Assembly: GCF_023055435.1 (NCBI RefSeq)
Contig: NW_025963791.1
Location: 22,692,001-22,756,000, forward strand
Length of the DNA stretch: 64,000 bases
Source: Haliotis rufescens
Lineage: Eukaryota
Reading direction: 5' to 3'
Shown here: positions 25,701 through 38,437 of the stretch, piece after piece
How positions within the stretch are numbered: the first letter of the stretch is position 1
Layout: every line of letters begins with the position of its first letter
Translations under genes and position numbers: made by a program
The notes under the pieces: model-generated
Seen by the model: the letters and a program-made list of their open reading frames with translations, nothing else
The model's database searches: none
Told to the model about the DNA's origin: nothing

Positions 25701-28700
25701 GGGTTTAAAAACATGTGCGTTTACGGGATCCCATATGCATTGTATAGCATCGTGCTGACAACAACAAAATTACGCAATTATTCAACATTACGAAATGCCA
25801 CGCCTGTCCGAAAATGAGCGTCTGCGAGCCATTGGTATGCTTGAAGCAGGATCGAGTCAAGGTGATGTTGCAAGACAATTTAACGACCACAGAAACACCA
25901 GAAGACAACTGGATTCGAACAACACACCTACGAAATCGATTCCAGCCAGCAACAGTGACTGCAAGAAGCATCCCTGGCCGTCGACGATTATCTTCACAAA
26001 CCGTACGTCGTCGCCTCAGATGTGCAGGGATTGTCGCCAGAAGACCCGCCAGACGTCCCATTTTGACAGGAAACAACCGTCAAGGCACGTCTACAGTGGT
26101 CTCGTTTTCACCTCAGCCACAGCGATGGACGGATTCCAGTGTACCGACGTCGAGGTGAACGTTCCGTCAATCATTGTGTCATGGAAGAAGATCGGTTCGG
26201 GGGCGGCAGCGTTATGGTATGGGTTGGGATTACAGCAAGACAGAGGACCCGATTGATAGTGGTAGAGGGAAATCTCAATGGACAGCGCTACCGCGACGAG
26301 ATCATCGGCCCTGTTGTTCTACCGTTTTTGCGTCGTCATGGCCCAGGCATTACCTTTCAACATGACAACACCCAGCCTCATACTGAGACGAAGATGTGTT
26401 GCTTGCATCGCAACCAGAGGTCAACACACACGCTATTAATGTGTAAATTGACGTTTTGTCATGTTCATGTTTTTTTTTATGAAATCACGCATTTTCTGAA
26501 GTCAGTATGACAAATTAAACCATTTGAACACTTACAGGAGTCTTTTTTCTATTGCAAACCGAAATTGTTTCAGATTTGGTAAAAAACATAACTTTGCATT
26601 AAATCTTATTCAATGTCACAGGGACTTGTTGTTCAGTATATGTTATTTACAAAAAAAAGCGATGGGGGTGTATAGTTCCATCACTGTAAAATATTCCAAA
26701 ATTTTAACTGGTGCCAATATGAAGTTACATTACAATTGTACATTATAACTGAATCCTTGTATTTTGAGTGAGTGAGTTGGGTTTTGGCCGCAATACTCCA
26801 GTCATATTACTACGGGGAACACCTAGCCTTGATGTCATTTGCATCCAGCACTATAACACACCAGAATGAAATGCATTCTGATCGCTTCCGATGTACCTGT
26901 CAATGTAACAAAAATGGCGGGCTTCAGACATGAAAGGAAAATGACAGGACTTAAAACCTCATTTCGCCGTCCTTTTTCGGACTGTGACAAGCCCCAAGGG
27001 TACCTCTTTAGCTCATCAATTAGTGGAAATCGGGAATCTGTATCAAGTGGAAACACGCAATGCAATGAATTAGTAACAGCTGCTGCTGGCGGCTGTTGGT
27101 AGGAGAGGGGGATTTTCAATACTTTGTTTGCCCAGTGGAATCTATTTCCACAGATATTCGAGTCTGATTATTCCCTGGCGTTAACGTTCTATATTTGTCA
27201 CATGGCCACAAGGAAACTAACAGGTTACAATTACATAGAACATAAATTACTTAGCTACCTCTGTTCATTCTCTCTGGCACATATGTTAATACCGGTCGTG
27301 GTCGCGGGGACGTATTGTGTGCCACATGGCCATGGCTATAGGTACATGCCGGCAGTCATTATAAGTTGTCCAGCGGTCTCAAGGGGGACTTGGGTTAACC
27401 TCTATGTTAGTTCATGTTCCCAGAGCCCAAAGAATAAGAATAACGGTAAAATACCCCTTTTTATTTACTTCCTTTATTTTTCACATTCATAAAAAAATAA
27501 CAGACGGCAGAAAACAAATTTACAGTTCTTTCCCATAGCGCTATTTCATTCGGAAACTATCGACCTATTTGGATAATGGCGTCTTACATAATTAAATCGA
27601 GATACAAAATTGCATTTGATATATTGCAAATGAGAGCGGGGAGCATGAGACCTTACATGTTAGTGGTGTCAATTGAAAATAATAGGATGGGTCTCAGTCG
27701 ATCAGTTCTAAGGAAAGATAATATTTATGTAATAAACATTTAATCAAAGTGCAGACAAAATGTGCATGAAGGTAGTTCCTCATAGACCCCTGCCTGTAAC
27801 ATATACTGTACTAAACCCCCAGGGGTTTTCCGGGGTAGCATATTCCAAAGTAACATATCTGTTCGCCGCGGCGTTAAACAACATTGATTGTCTCGCTCAC
27901 TTAAGCAAGAGAAAATATTGTTTTACTATAAATCATGCATTTGAATACAACACGTGACTGGTTGTACTGAGACCGTTGTAAATCACCAAGGTATGGAATC
28001 CTTGAAGGGACACTATCGTGTTGTTGTCCCTACACAAACAAGCAAAATGTGTCAAGATTAACGACAATGTCCCTCCTGGGATTCCGTATACCGGGATCAT
28101 TTCGCTCGCTGACACCTGTGACAATTAACCAAGCCCATTGACATCCAGTGAATACTGTGATGGCCTGAAATCTGCAGCTGCTAGGCAACGGAATTGTGAT
28201 TGTCCTCAGAAACTGAAGTATTGTGTTAAAGATAACAAGAGGACACAAGCGAGTCCAAAACAAGATTTGCGAGTCTGTCCAGCGCTGATGTGCTTATTTA
28301 TGGGTCGCAAGAGTCTTGGTAGCAGTGTTGTATACAAGGTGTACTCCAGTTCGGATTAGATCAGTCCCTTCTTTCTACTCTTTGACTGTTATCGTGGAAC
28401 GCATATCTGTGATAGACTGACAGATGACGCTCCAGGGAATATGGAATAAACAGACGATTAACCCGCGCATTTGCATTTCGCAATGGACATCTGTATGTTC
28501 ATCATAACAATAGGATTTGATCAATGGCTCAATGTGTGTTAGTGGGTGAACGTGAATCACATGTATTCAGTTCCTCGTTTATCACTTAAACAGTTGTTCG
28601 TCTTGTCACAATGTCAAGCCATCACAGAACGCTGCTCACTGCTAGAGGGGGCGGTCTTGTAGCAGAGTGGCTAAAGCGTTGAGCTTTGACCCCTAAGACA

Positions 28701-31700
28701 GTTCTTGTCTCCCGTCGTGACCTTACGAGAACATTTACTACAACGACAAAGATACTAAAACGACAAAGAGTATACTCACTCACTGACCGCGATTACCCGG
28801 GGGAGTCAAGATAAATACAGGTCCCCAGGCCTTTATGTATTAAATGCCGACAAAAACCAGGAACTGAATAGTCAAGCTCTGTGATCCTGTATTGTCTGAG
28901 TGTGTGCCATCAGACCCATCTGCGTTTACCCCTCACCATATTTTTCAACCACTAGTTTTTCTTGTAAAGGCCGACGTAGTTTCATCATAAGCCCAGTAAC
29001 GTTCATTTGTTCACTTGCATTGACAATATGTACATGTATGTCCTTGAACAGGATCAATGTTCCGGCTGGTGGACGGAAGTTTTGTTTGTTTGTCTGTTTG
29101 TTGTTTAACGCCACACTTAGCAATATCCCAGCTATATGACGGCGGTCTGTAAATAATCGAGTCTGGATCAGACAATCCAGTGATTGACATCATGAGCATC
29201 GATCCACGCAATTGGGATCGATGACATGCATCAACCAAGTCAGCGTGCCTGACCATGGACGGAAGTCCCTGAGTTTTATCATAAGCCCAGTAACATTTAC
29301 CTAGTCTCTCGCATTGACAATTTATATTTAAATATTGCCGACTGCGGAATAATACAAACACTCACTGCATGAGGTGATCAGGTTCAGAGTACAATGGGCC
29401 AGACTCACTGCATGAGGTGATCAGGTTCAGAGTACAATGGGCCAGACTAACCGGACATGCAGCAGACCTCTTGTTCTACTCAAGCTGCCAGGCGGAACTA
29501 GCTGTGGTAACCATATCTCCGTGCTGCTCCTTATAAACGATTTTGATATTGACTTGTCGCCACACAGAACTATTCTCGGGGTTTCATAGTTAACACATCG
29601 TTTTTAGTTTCAACAAAATCAGTATACGCGCTATCGTGTCACTTGATTGTCTGGCCGAGATTTGCTGTCACTCTATTGTCCGGTCCAGACTGGATTGTTT
29701 AGAGGACAGATTCGTAAGACCAAAGGAACCTGTTTCCCTGGAGAATGGAGGCTGAGATATGTCCTCATCCTTGCTGTCATCTAACACAAGCGAAATGTAG
29801 TAGCAGTGGGTCTAAGGTGTGATATTGTGTGATTAATGGAATCTACATTTTTCTTATTTTTCTGAGTGTGCGTGCGTGTTTGTCCGAGGACTACAGTAGG
29901 AGCGCTGGGTCCCAAATTGAATTGGTCCAATTTCAAAACACAGTTCGTTCATCTTCAAGGTGTTCGGTGTGGGAGGATGTGTGTTTGCTTTAACAATAAA
30001 ATAACTTCAACTCGTCGTTTAGTTTTTAAATAGTCGGAATATTACAATGGACAGCTTAAGCAGATATTTCTTATAATTATAGAAACACTTGTTTATATTT
30101 CAGTGACAAATATATGTCAATACCCAGGACTTCACACTCGTCACACTTCATTTCGTTCTTATAATGAGTATGTTGGGACGTTCCTAAATGTTATTCAACA
30201 GTGCATTATCAATAGAAAGCCTGCAGTGGGATCCTCATTCAGGATAACAGTTTGCCCATACACGCACAGCAGTCAGTGTAAGGGGAGAGACATGATTGTT
30301 TCTGGGTCGGCCAGCAAGATCCCAGATGACCTACAATCGGCCAAGTCACAATTAGCAACCATCCTCATGAGGCCGATCTCATTTTACCACCACGTATGGT
30401 CAATTGAAACCTATTGCGCCGCTTCCCACCTCCTACTCCGGGGTGAAAAGAGAGAGTAAATAGTGCGTCTATCATACTGATTCAGAAAACCTTCATCATT
30501 GATTCAGCGCCCGGCAAGACCATTTGCCAGGAATACAGTTCCCAAGCATCCTCATAAATGATCTTTTAAAGAAGAAATATGAGGTCAACAGCAACGGTAG
30601 CGACTGGCATTAGTTTCCTGTGCGAAATAGACATCGTCACTATATAATTACCTTGTCTGTTACTGGTTCAAAAAAGGATTCTTCACACTAACACCAGCAC
30701 AAGCGTATTCAAACATATGTAACCTACATCACTTTAATGTGGCAGTGAACAATTACCTGTACAACACTGAACTGTTACATCTACAACACTAAACTGTTAC
30801 ATCTACAACACTGAACTGTTACATCTACAACATTGAACTGTTACATCTACAACATTGAACTGTTACATCTACAACATTGAACTGTTATATCTACAACATT
30901 GAACTGTTACATCTACAACATTGAACTGTTACATCTACAACATTGAACTGTTACATCTACAACATTGAACTGTTACATCTACAACATTTAACTGTTACAT
31001 CTACAACATTGAACTGTTACATCTACAACATGGAACCGTTATATCTACAACACTGAACTGTTCCATCTACAACATTGAACTGTCATATCTACGACATTGA
31101 ATCTATAACCTACATCGAACTATTTCATCTACAACAGTTAAAAATACGTCTAGAACAGATACGTTTTAACAAACTCAGAAAAATCATTCTTGTTTCAGAT
31201 AATCAGAAAACAATTCCACATGTTTGTTTCAGGCGTGGTGCTGTGCAAGATTACCAACTCCATGCCCATCTTCTGTATTGTCGTGTCCATCTACAGTCTG
31301 GTCGCCATATCATGTGAACGACGCAAGGCCATCCTGCTGCGGGTGGAACCTGAGCGACCAGGTACGCCAGAGATTCACCTTGTGTTTTAAACAACTTCAT
31401 GTTAATACACTGCCGGGCAAAAGGAAGAAAACATCCATGTTTTGATGGGGTGAAACAAACAAGAACTAATGGTTATTCGATGGTGATGTATTTGATACGG
31501 GTGTCATTGTTGTGTTTTCGGCGACTGTTTTTATCCTTTAGTCCTGGCCACGTGAAATAGAATCACGAAATAACGCGGTTTGTTTGTTTGTTGTTTAACG
31601 CCGCACACAGCAATATTCCAGCTATATGACGGTGGTCTGTAAATGATCGAGTCTGGACCAGACAATCTAGTGATTGACCTCATGAGCATCGATCCACGCA

Positions 31701-34700
31701 TTGGGGATACAGCGACATGCATCAACCAAGTCAGCGAGCCTGACCACACGATCCCGTAAGGAGCCTTTTACGACAAGCATAACGCGGTGATTGATGAATG
31801 AAGACAGCTGCACACGTGCCGATACTTATTGAGTGAAAACACGCCATTCCGTCGATAAGAAATATTACTTACAGTAATGACAAAAATTGCAAAGTGCGCT
31901 TTTCAAGAAATTTCCATTTTCCTAGTGATAAACACCACCATTGAGGTTTGATCACGTAGTTTCCAACTCGATAGTTATATATATTGTTCCACGATCTAAA
32001 ATATACGTCCTCGTATTTTAAGTAAAGTGTTTTAGGAAGTGAATCATGTTGCTTTTGTCGTTAGATCACGAGGAAGCAGTTTGCTGAAGCGTATAAGGTG
32101 CGATGCAGATTTGGATTGGCGATCAATAAGGAAAACACTTTGCTACAACCCACAGCAACAAGTCAAAATTAAAATCGTTTACAGGGAGCAGCAGGGAGAT
32201 TGGTTACCTCAGCTAAACGTGCTGTATCAGGCAGACTCAACGGTCAGGTTATCAGGAAAGGATCTTCCGTTAATCATTCGTTGGTAAACCATTGTGCGAA
32301 TCAAAAAATAAATGGGACACGGGGTGGCCCAGTCGTCGAAAGCGCCGCAATTCGTTGTGCAGAGTTGCCTCCCTTACGGACCCCAGAAACCTATGATCGC
32401 TTGTTCAAATCCAGGTTCGCCCTGATTATGTTTCTGGGCTTGTCAGCACCATACCTGTACTCGTGGATGAAATGTTCCCCCACATTATCCTGACACGCAA
32501 TGATATAACTGGTATACTGTTCAAAGTAGCATAAAACCTGACTCACTCACAATTCTGCTTTCTGTTTTGTTCACTCTGCGTTCATTCAGACACTGGAAGA
32601 AAGCTACATAAAAAGAACGAAAAACATTTCCTTAATCATAAGAAGTCTCTACTAAAACAGAGTCCATTGTACGACTCCGACTATATCATTAGAATGTGCT
32701 TATGCACCATTATCAAACAGTGATGACAAATAAATGCCAATTTTGTAGGTCATGCAGCTTTAAAAATCATCCCAGTAATCTGGACGGGTGCAGCCGTCGT
32801 CATCATCCCCACAGTCATCGAGTACTCCGTCTACATCAGCGTCTCAGACGACAACAACATCTCCGCCACGTCATGCGCGTCAGTCACCTTCTCTTCGGCA
32901 GCCTCCATCTCCAACGGCTTCGTGCTGCTGTTGACGGCGTATATCATCCCCCTCATCTTCATCCTGGGCAACTACTTGAGAATACTGAACTTTCTCCGAG
33001 AGCACGGGCTTTGTGATGGGTCGAGGCGGAGGAAGAGCACTCCCAGAGGGTTCTTCATTTACCGCCATCGGGTGAAGATAGTCAAGATGCTCATACTCGT
33101 GGCTGCCCTTTTCGCCATATCCTGGCTGCCTTACTTTATACTACTCATATCACAGGTGAGGTTTCTTTTTGCAGAAAACATTCTACTTGAAGAGTTGCCT
33201 TCCTTAGTCATGTAGGATCCGCTGATCGGGAGTTTAAAGATTCGCCTCTGTTATGAGCATTGGTTCGTTAGAATGATTCTGGTATCGTGCAGTATTATGC
33301 TGGTTGGTTTGCCCAAAGTGCAAATGTCTGCGACCTGCATCGCCTCAGGCTGCCTCCAACATTTACATATAACTGAAATACCGTTTATTGCCGAGTGTTC
33401 TATGGCGAGTTAATAAGCTGGGTATCGTTGCACAACTGAGCCTCAAGGGATAACTCCCTTATTGCCCTCACGATATTTCTCCAGAAATCGACCTAAACTA
33501 ACGATCGCGTATTGCTTTCCTTTAAGAAGTCACATCTTATTCTGACTTCCCCGTCTTCATGAGAAAATACCATGCAATTCAGGCATCCTTCACATTATGT
33601 CTAACATGCGGGTACCGCATTATTTCTGATTGCCTGTCATGGGCATACGCTCTTCGCCTTTGTTGTTGGATTGGCGTGCGACAGAGGAGCCAAGAGTAAT
33701 AAACGATGTCTTGTTTCAAGACCAAACAATTACCCTCTGACAATTTATGGTGACTTCTTGTATGATAGGGAACTGTAAGTATGGTACAATCCTTCAATTA
33801 AGAAACAGATCGTTGAGGTGTTTCCCATATAAAGAAAACTTTCTTGGAAACCTGTAAAGGCAAGATCATCGAGACTGATTATTCTCTGGCGTGGACGTTT
33901 TATCCATATTGACCAAAAGAGGACAAGGTATTATAAGCACCCTTTACTTTAGGACCCACATGATGGAAATTCAGAATCATTGAAATGAACCAACGTTTCA
34001 GAAATGTTTTTGGAAGTTGTGTTGTGTTCAGGACATACCGACCTTTCACTAACATCTGGTGCCATCGCTGATCCATTCACACAATGTCCACCACTATTTT
34101 GCCGTTTACGCCCAATGGAGACCCGTGAAGATTCCGGGGTAGAATAGGTCTTCAGGAACCCATGCTTGCCGTAAAAGGTGACTATGTTTGTCGTAAAAGG
34201 CGACTAACGGGATCATGTGGTCAGGCGCGCTGACTTGGTTGATGCATGTCATCGATCCCAATTGCGTGGATCGATGCTCATGATATTAATCACTGGATTG
34301 TCTGGTCCAGACTCGATTATTTACAGACCGCCGTCATATAGCTTGAATATTGCTGAGTGCGGCATTAAACAACAAACCAACCAACCCAATGGAATCTGTT
34401 CCGGCAGATAATCGGGATGTTCCATAAAATGAGATTTCTAGATGTTATCAGGGGCGTTTATCAACCTGAATGTTTTATAACCACGTGAACCTTTATAATT
34501 TCGACAATAATTTGTTGAGAAGATGTTGGACATTCAGACACGTGATAAAAAGATAATTGTATTCATACATGACTAGTCATGTTGTCTTTAATTTTTTAAA
34601 ATCATTTACAGTGAGTCCTTTCATTTTATCATCAGCAAGTTAACGGTTTGTTTTAATATTTCAGAAAATATCGGGTAGAGACGATCATATGTTTGTGGGT

Positions 34701-34925
34701 GGCCCTATAAACATGATCAAAATATCCTTAGCGTCGTTCAGCACGGCATACAACGTCGTTCTCTACGCCATCTACAACCGCAACTTCAGGGGAGCATTTA
34801 AGAAAATGTTTTACAATCACAAAACCGTTGTCGACGGTACCGATCTCGGCTGTAACAGGAGTCACAGTCGCAGTTCCACTAGCCTCCCTCTGGCTGCGAG
34901 ACCACCAATCGTATCTCAGATGTAG
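16562..34925 (+). CDS. Class A (rhodopsin-like) GPCR, orphan/peptide-receptor-like, 4 exons, 341 aa: join(16562-16790,31233-31361,32749-33155,34665-34925)
   Basis: All introns are GT-AG with consistent phases (1,1,0); 1026 nt open frame; seven TM segments with SN, NLAISD, C3.25, ERR, IW, YIIP, SWLP, YNVVLY and helix-8 NRNFRGAF. Confidence 0.92.
17002..17205 (+). mobile_element. SINE-like family B (no tRNA head), internal deletion near the 3' end
   Basis: Starts GACCCGTGAAGATCCGGGGTAGAATAGG; core GTCGTAAAAGGCGACTAA; (CAAAC) tail. Confidence 0.9.
20088..21436 (+). mobile_element. Decayed Tc1-like transposon
   Basis: Motifs RSGRP, VRNRLRAEGICARRP, SDESRF, VYRRHGERY, IFQQDN, SRSPDLNPIEH across frameshifts. 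Ends are approximate. Confidence 0.85.
21441..21984 (-). mobile_element. Internally deleted mariner element
   Basis: TIRs CGAGGGGTGTTCAATAAGT / ACTTATTGAACGCCCCTCC with TA flanks. The minus strand gives MDSLKPEQRALIKFLTKEG joined to LNHPPYSPDLAPS.YFLF. Confidence 0.9.
22558..22672 (+). repeat. Old dispersed repeat family E (other copies at ~9570-9680 (-), ~25240-25345, ~27120-27190, ~33866-33900 and 34067-34413)
   Basis: Shared segment TTTACGCCCAGTGGAATCTGTTTCCGCCGATAATCGAGACTG.TTATTCTCTGGCGTTGACG. Confidence 0.7.
23577..23737 (+). mobile_element. SINE family A
   Basis: A/B boxes and tail; directly abuts a family B copy. Confidence 0.85.
23744..23974 (+). mobile_element. SINE-like family B
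   Basis: Starts ACCCGTGAAGATCC; full body and tail. Confidence 0.85.
24381..24660 (-). mobile_element. SINE family D (tRNA-derived head, distinct body)
   Basis: Minus strand has CCGCCCGGAGAGCGGAAGGTCCGGGGTTCGATCCCC and body ATGGTACTTGTTGTTACCCTGTCTGGCGCTCGGC; (CACG/CA)n region. Confidence 0.85.
25513..26638 (+). mobile_element. Internally deleted Tc1-like transposon
   Basis: TIRs TACTCAACAACAAAAGTTCCTGTGACA / TGTCACAGGGACTTGTTGTTCAGTA with TA flanks. Transposase pieces MPRLSENERLRAIGMLEAG, TVRRRLR..GIVARRP, FGGGSVMVW, GNLNGQRYRDEI, FQHDN. Confidence 0.92.
29081..29255 (-). mobile_element. SINE-like family B, 5'-truncated
   Basis: Flanked by an 11-bp TSD TGGACGGAAGT. Confidence 0.9.
29360..29448. 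repeat. Perfect 43-bp tandem duplication
   Basis: ACTCACTGCATGAGGTGATCAGGTTCAGAGTACAATGGGCCAG occurs twice. Confidence 0.9.
30757..31135. repeat. Minisatellite, 22-bp unit
   Basis: (ACAACATTGAACTGTTACATCT)n, ending about 100 bp before GPCR exon 2. Confidence 0.95.
31233..31361 (+). CDS. GPCR exon 2 (TM3, ICL2)
   Basis: ttgtttcag|GC GTG...VVLCKITNSMPIFCIVVSIYSLVAISCERRKAIL...P G|gtacgc. Confidence 0.9.
31580..31778 (-). mobile_element. SINE-like family B, 5'-truncated
   Basis: 10-bp TSD ATAACGCGGT. Confidence 0.9.
32314..32550 (+). mobile_element. SINE family C, diverged
   Basis: Head, body and tail similar to 38438-38730. Confidence 0.75.
32749..33155 (+). CDS. GPCR exon 3 (TM4-TM6)
   Basis: ttttgtag|GT...IIPVIWTGAAVVIIP...SC...AYIIPLIFI...KIVKMLILVAALFAISWLPYF..SQ|gtgagg. 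Confidence 0.92.
34120..34384 (+). mobile_element. SINE-like family B, full length, inserted into family E repeat
   Basis: 9-bp TSD CCCAATGGA. Confidence 0.92.
34665..34925 (+). CDS. GPCR exon 4 (TM7, helix 8, C-tail)
   Basis: atatttcag|KISGRDDH...IKISLASFSTAYNVVLYAIYNRNFRGAFKKMF...SQM*; AATAAA near 35038. Confidence 0.92.
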   Translation, partial: KISGRDDHMFVGGPINMIKISLASFSTAYNVVLYAIYNRNFRGAFKKMFYNHKTVVDGTDLGCNRSHSRSSTSLPLAARPPIVSQM

Positions 34926-35080
34926 ACTGTTCCATCAAAACAAATGTAAATCTTTCTGCGTTCATGGTTATAAAACATATCATTGTCTATTGTGGGCGTC
35001 CTTTTTCCATGTTTTTTTCATGTGTCGTTCTTCGCAAAATAAAATAAAGTCCACAATTGTATCGATCACCGAACAATATA

Positions 35081-35237
35081 CAGTAAACTACGGTTATAAC
35101 GAACTCAAAAGGACCAGTAATTATAACCGTAGTACATTATAAAAATATACAGGATATATACAGCAAATGCCCGGGACCAAAACACAGTACGTTATATCCC
35201 TCGTTATAAGCGTGTTCGTTATAAACGTACTTTACTG
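35081..35237. mobile_element. Tigger/pogo-type MITE
   Basis: TIR CAGTAAACTACGGTTATAACGAAC with TA flanks; sister copy at 45526-45701. Confidence 0.85.
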
Positions 35238-35593
35238 TATTACCCAGAAATGTGCAATACAGTTAATAGAATTCGGCTTATTTATGGAATATGTTTATTA
35301 CAGAATTATCAAATAAACCATAAACTGCTGTGGTGGATTCTGGTCGATGGGATTAAGACTAAAGTGTTGTCTGACACGCCCACGAAGTCATGTTCTACAT
35401 TTTGAAATATGTATTATCATGACTGGGAAAATGTGCCACCGTTGTTCTTATCGTGTTCAGATCTCTGTTTGTAATATCATGCAGTTTATTTCAAGGGTGT
35501 TTTTTCTAAAAAAATGTAAATCACGGACTTGACAAATTGAAATCGCATTAAAAGCTGATCTTTTACTTTGATACGACACCTCTCTGTGTGTAG

Positions 35594-35752
35594 GGGCGGT
35601 CGGGTAGCCTAGTGGTTAAAGCGTTCGCTCGTCACGCCGAAGACGGGTTCGATTGCCGACATGGGTACAATGTGTGAAGCCCATTTTCTGGTGTCCCCTG
35701 CCGTGATATTGCTGGAATATTGCTAAAAGCGGCGTAAAACTATACTTACTCA
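35594..35752 (+). mobile_element. SINE family A, full length
   Basis: TSD CTCTCTGTGTGTAG; A/B boxes. Confidence 0.92.
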
Positions 35753-35889
35753 CTCTCTGTGTGTAGATCTGCCGACATCTCCAAGGGAGATGGCAGGGCG
35801 ATCAGAAATGAAAGGATGTAGAGAACAGCCGAAAAATATAATTACGCGGCTTTCCTATTTTGCATTCGTAATCAGATATGCTTGTCAGA

Positions 35890-35893
35890 TGTG

Positions 35894-35937
<44 letters not shown>

Positions 35938-36107
35938 TGTGTGTTAACTCCGAGCCGATCAGTCCTTGTATTAGCCCCTTAATGCCGAGCGCCAGGCAGG
36001 GTAACAACAAGTGTCATCGTTTGACGTCTTTTGGCATGATGCGGCCGGGTATCGAACCCCCGACCTTCCACGCTCAGGGCAGACGCTCTACCACTAGACC
36101 AAAGAGG
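35890..36107 (-). mobile_element. SINE family D with (GCGT)n tract
   Basis: Similarity to 47087-47465. Confidence 0.75.
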
Positions 36108-38437
36108 TCATTTGTTTAAAAAGTGCGCCGTTAAACAGCATTTGTTCTTCCGTGTACTCAGGACACGAAGTTTGACTAACGACCCCGAATCTCCAGCTTA
36201 ATTCGACGTTTCAATACAACAAAATAAAACTAAGTGAGCTTTAGCTGTATCATCCTCGCACTTCAGGGGCTAAAACAAAGATGACGCACTAAGACTACTG
36301 ATAAGCCTCTATACATCCATCTGACGAGGTAAATCAGCGAAGCCCGACATCACACCTCCACGCGACAAGTTAACATGACAGCCTAAAACGAGCCTCCATA
36401 GGTTCTGTGCCCACACACATCTGGCAAACGATCACGGCTAGGGATTTGTGTCTTATTTACGTGAAATAATGAAGTAGGTCGGCAGTCACTTCCTATCTCC
36501 TCTAATGGCTCCTGTTAACCCTTTCAACGTGGCATGGAGATATTCTCGTGATGATTGTCACATGTGGGAAAGAACATACTCATCAAAAAAAGAAATGCAT
36601 ACGTGATATTTGAGACACAGCACATGAATGATATGTTTAGCATAAATATGTCACTACGTGCCAAATATGTGAACTTGTTGGACTCAAAAAGCAGCAACGA
36701 CCAATTGCATAATCTATAAATTCCAATACAGAAAAGCAACACTTCACGAGAACCACGGGTACAATGGGCATGTTCGGCGCGGGAAATATCGTAAATAGGC
36801 ATATAAAAGTTGTTGGGGTTTCGTTTGTTTGTTTAACGCCGCTCTCATAAAAGCTATATGGCGGACCAGACAATCAAGTGACTGAAATCATGAGGTGTTT
36901 TTTCTTGCGTGGATAATCGTGTTCAAATCCCACTTTTTGAAATTTATGCATGGACCCCAGTGACATGAACCAGAAAATAATACCTTTTTTATAACACACA
37001 TCAACACACATGAAGATCATAGTTGGAGTGACTCTGGATTAGCGGATCGTGGCACGGGTAGGGGACGCAACTCTGCAAAGTGAATTGCGTTACCTGACAG
37101 CTGTCCCGGATTCTACTATAGACTTTCCTAATAGAGGGGTTAAAATTTATAAAAGATTGAGTTTCCTTGTTTTTCGCTGCTTTCACCAATAGTTTATGGC
37201 ACCAGTTTATCGTAGAAAGTTTAAAAAAAGTGTCCAACTCAAGTCTAGAATGATTTGATTAGTCTAGATTTGCCTCAGCTCCTGAATTTATTAATTGTTC
37301 TGGGCTCCATTTGGTTTATATTATTGTTATTGTGTAGATATATATTTTCATCTTTATTTCTGGGTCTGAATATCAGTCTAGGTAGAAAGAAGCGGACAAA
37401 CGTTTACCCGCCATTGGTGAGCTGAAATAGCGTTGTGTTAATTGGCAATAAAGAAGTCAATGCGTTTTGAGGAGATGACTACCCCTCTTGAAATATTTGT
37501 TGAAAGAGGAAAATAACGTTAATAATAATAATAATAAATAAATAATAATAATAGCAATTAATTCTAGACAATTTGAAAAACGCTGCACTATGACATTCTC
37601 GAAGAAAACATCTAAGAAACAGCAGCCGCCAATGTTTCCCCAAACCTGGCGTATTTTGTGCGCCATATTTAAGATATTTTGCATGTCTAGAGGTAGGTGT
37701 ACAAATGAGTTTGTAGCGAAATCGAGAACCTCAAAAATCGGGTAGATCACAGAAGGTCGACTAGACTGTTCGTGTGTTACCGGGCCCCGAGGGCAAGGAA
37801 CGATGTTCATGCCTTCAGTCACTGGTTTGTCTGGTCCAGACTCGATTATTAACAGGTGGTGATATAGCTATAATATTGCTGACTTTGGTGTTAAGAAACA
37901 TTCACTCACTGAACGTCTCGGGTACAATTACACATTATGCTGACAAGCCAATATAAATCTCAGGGCACCTGAACCAACGACTAACGGAACTGTATTATGC
38001 ATACCTGTACTATGCATAGACTTGCACAAGTCTCTAAGGCAGTAATTACTGGTTCAAATAATAATTTCTAGATTATGTAAATAATAAAAACATGTTGTCC
38101 CAGTAAGAGACTGGAGTCCTTTGTCTTTGCTGTCCACATATCTAGACTTGCTTATTAGGAGGATAGAATTACTACACATCCATGGACTTACTATACTATG
38201 CACAGCGAATTGTTGCGCCTTAAACCCCCCTGGTTTCATCCATGTTCAGTATTTCACGGTCTTGCATACACAACGTTTTCCATTACACGTGAACACATAG
38301 GGTAGTGACGAGTGTTTATTGTAAGCTAATGAAATGTGTCCGTTTATAACTCATGAAAGTCAAATGAGCCATACTCCAAGTTTGTATAAACAACGCCATA
38401 GCCTGGCACTGAAGCAGCTTGTAGAATAGTCCACCGG

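Noticed and set aside
27930-28560. Possible nested gene in GPCR intron 1
   Set aside because: The sequence looks unique, but every frame is interrupted and no motif was recognised.
34665-34800. Opsin assignment (TM7 Lys and a YN motif)
   Set aside because: Counting back from N7.49, position 7.43 is Ser and the Lys is at about 7.38, so there is no canonical retinal-binding lysine.
35594-35670. Genuine tRNA-Asp gene
   Set aside because: The acceptor stem is poor and the sequence continues into a SINE body with tail and TSD; it is a SINE head.
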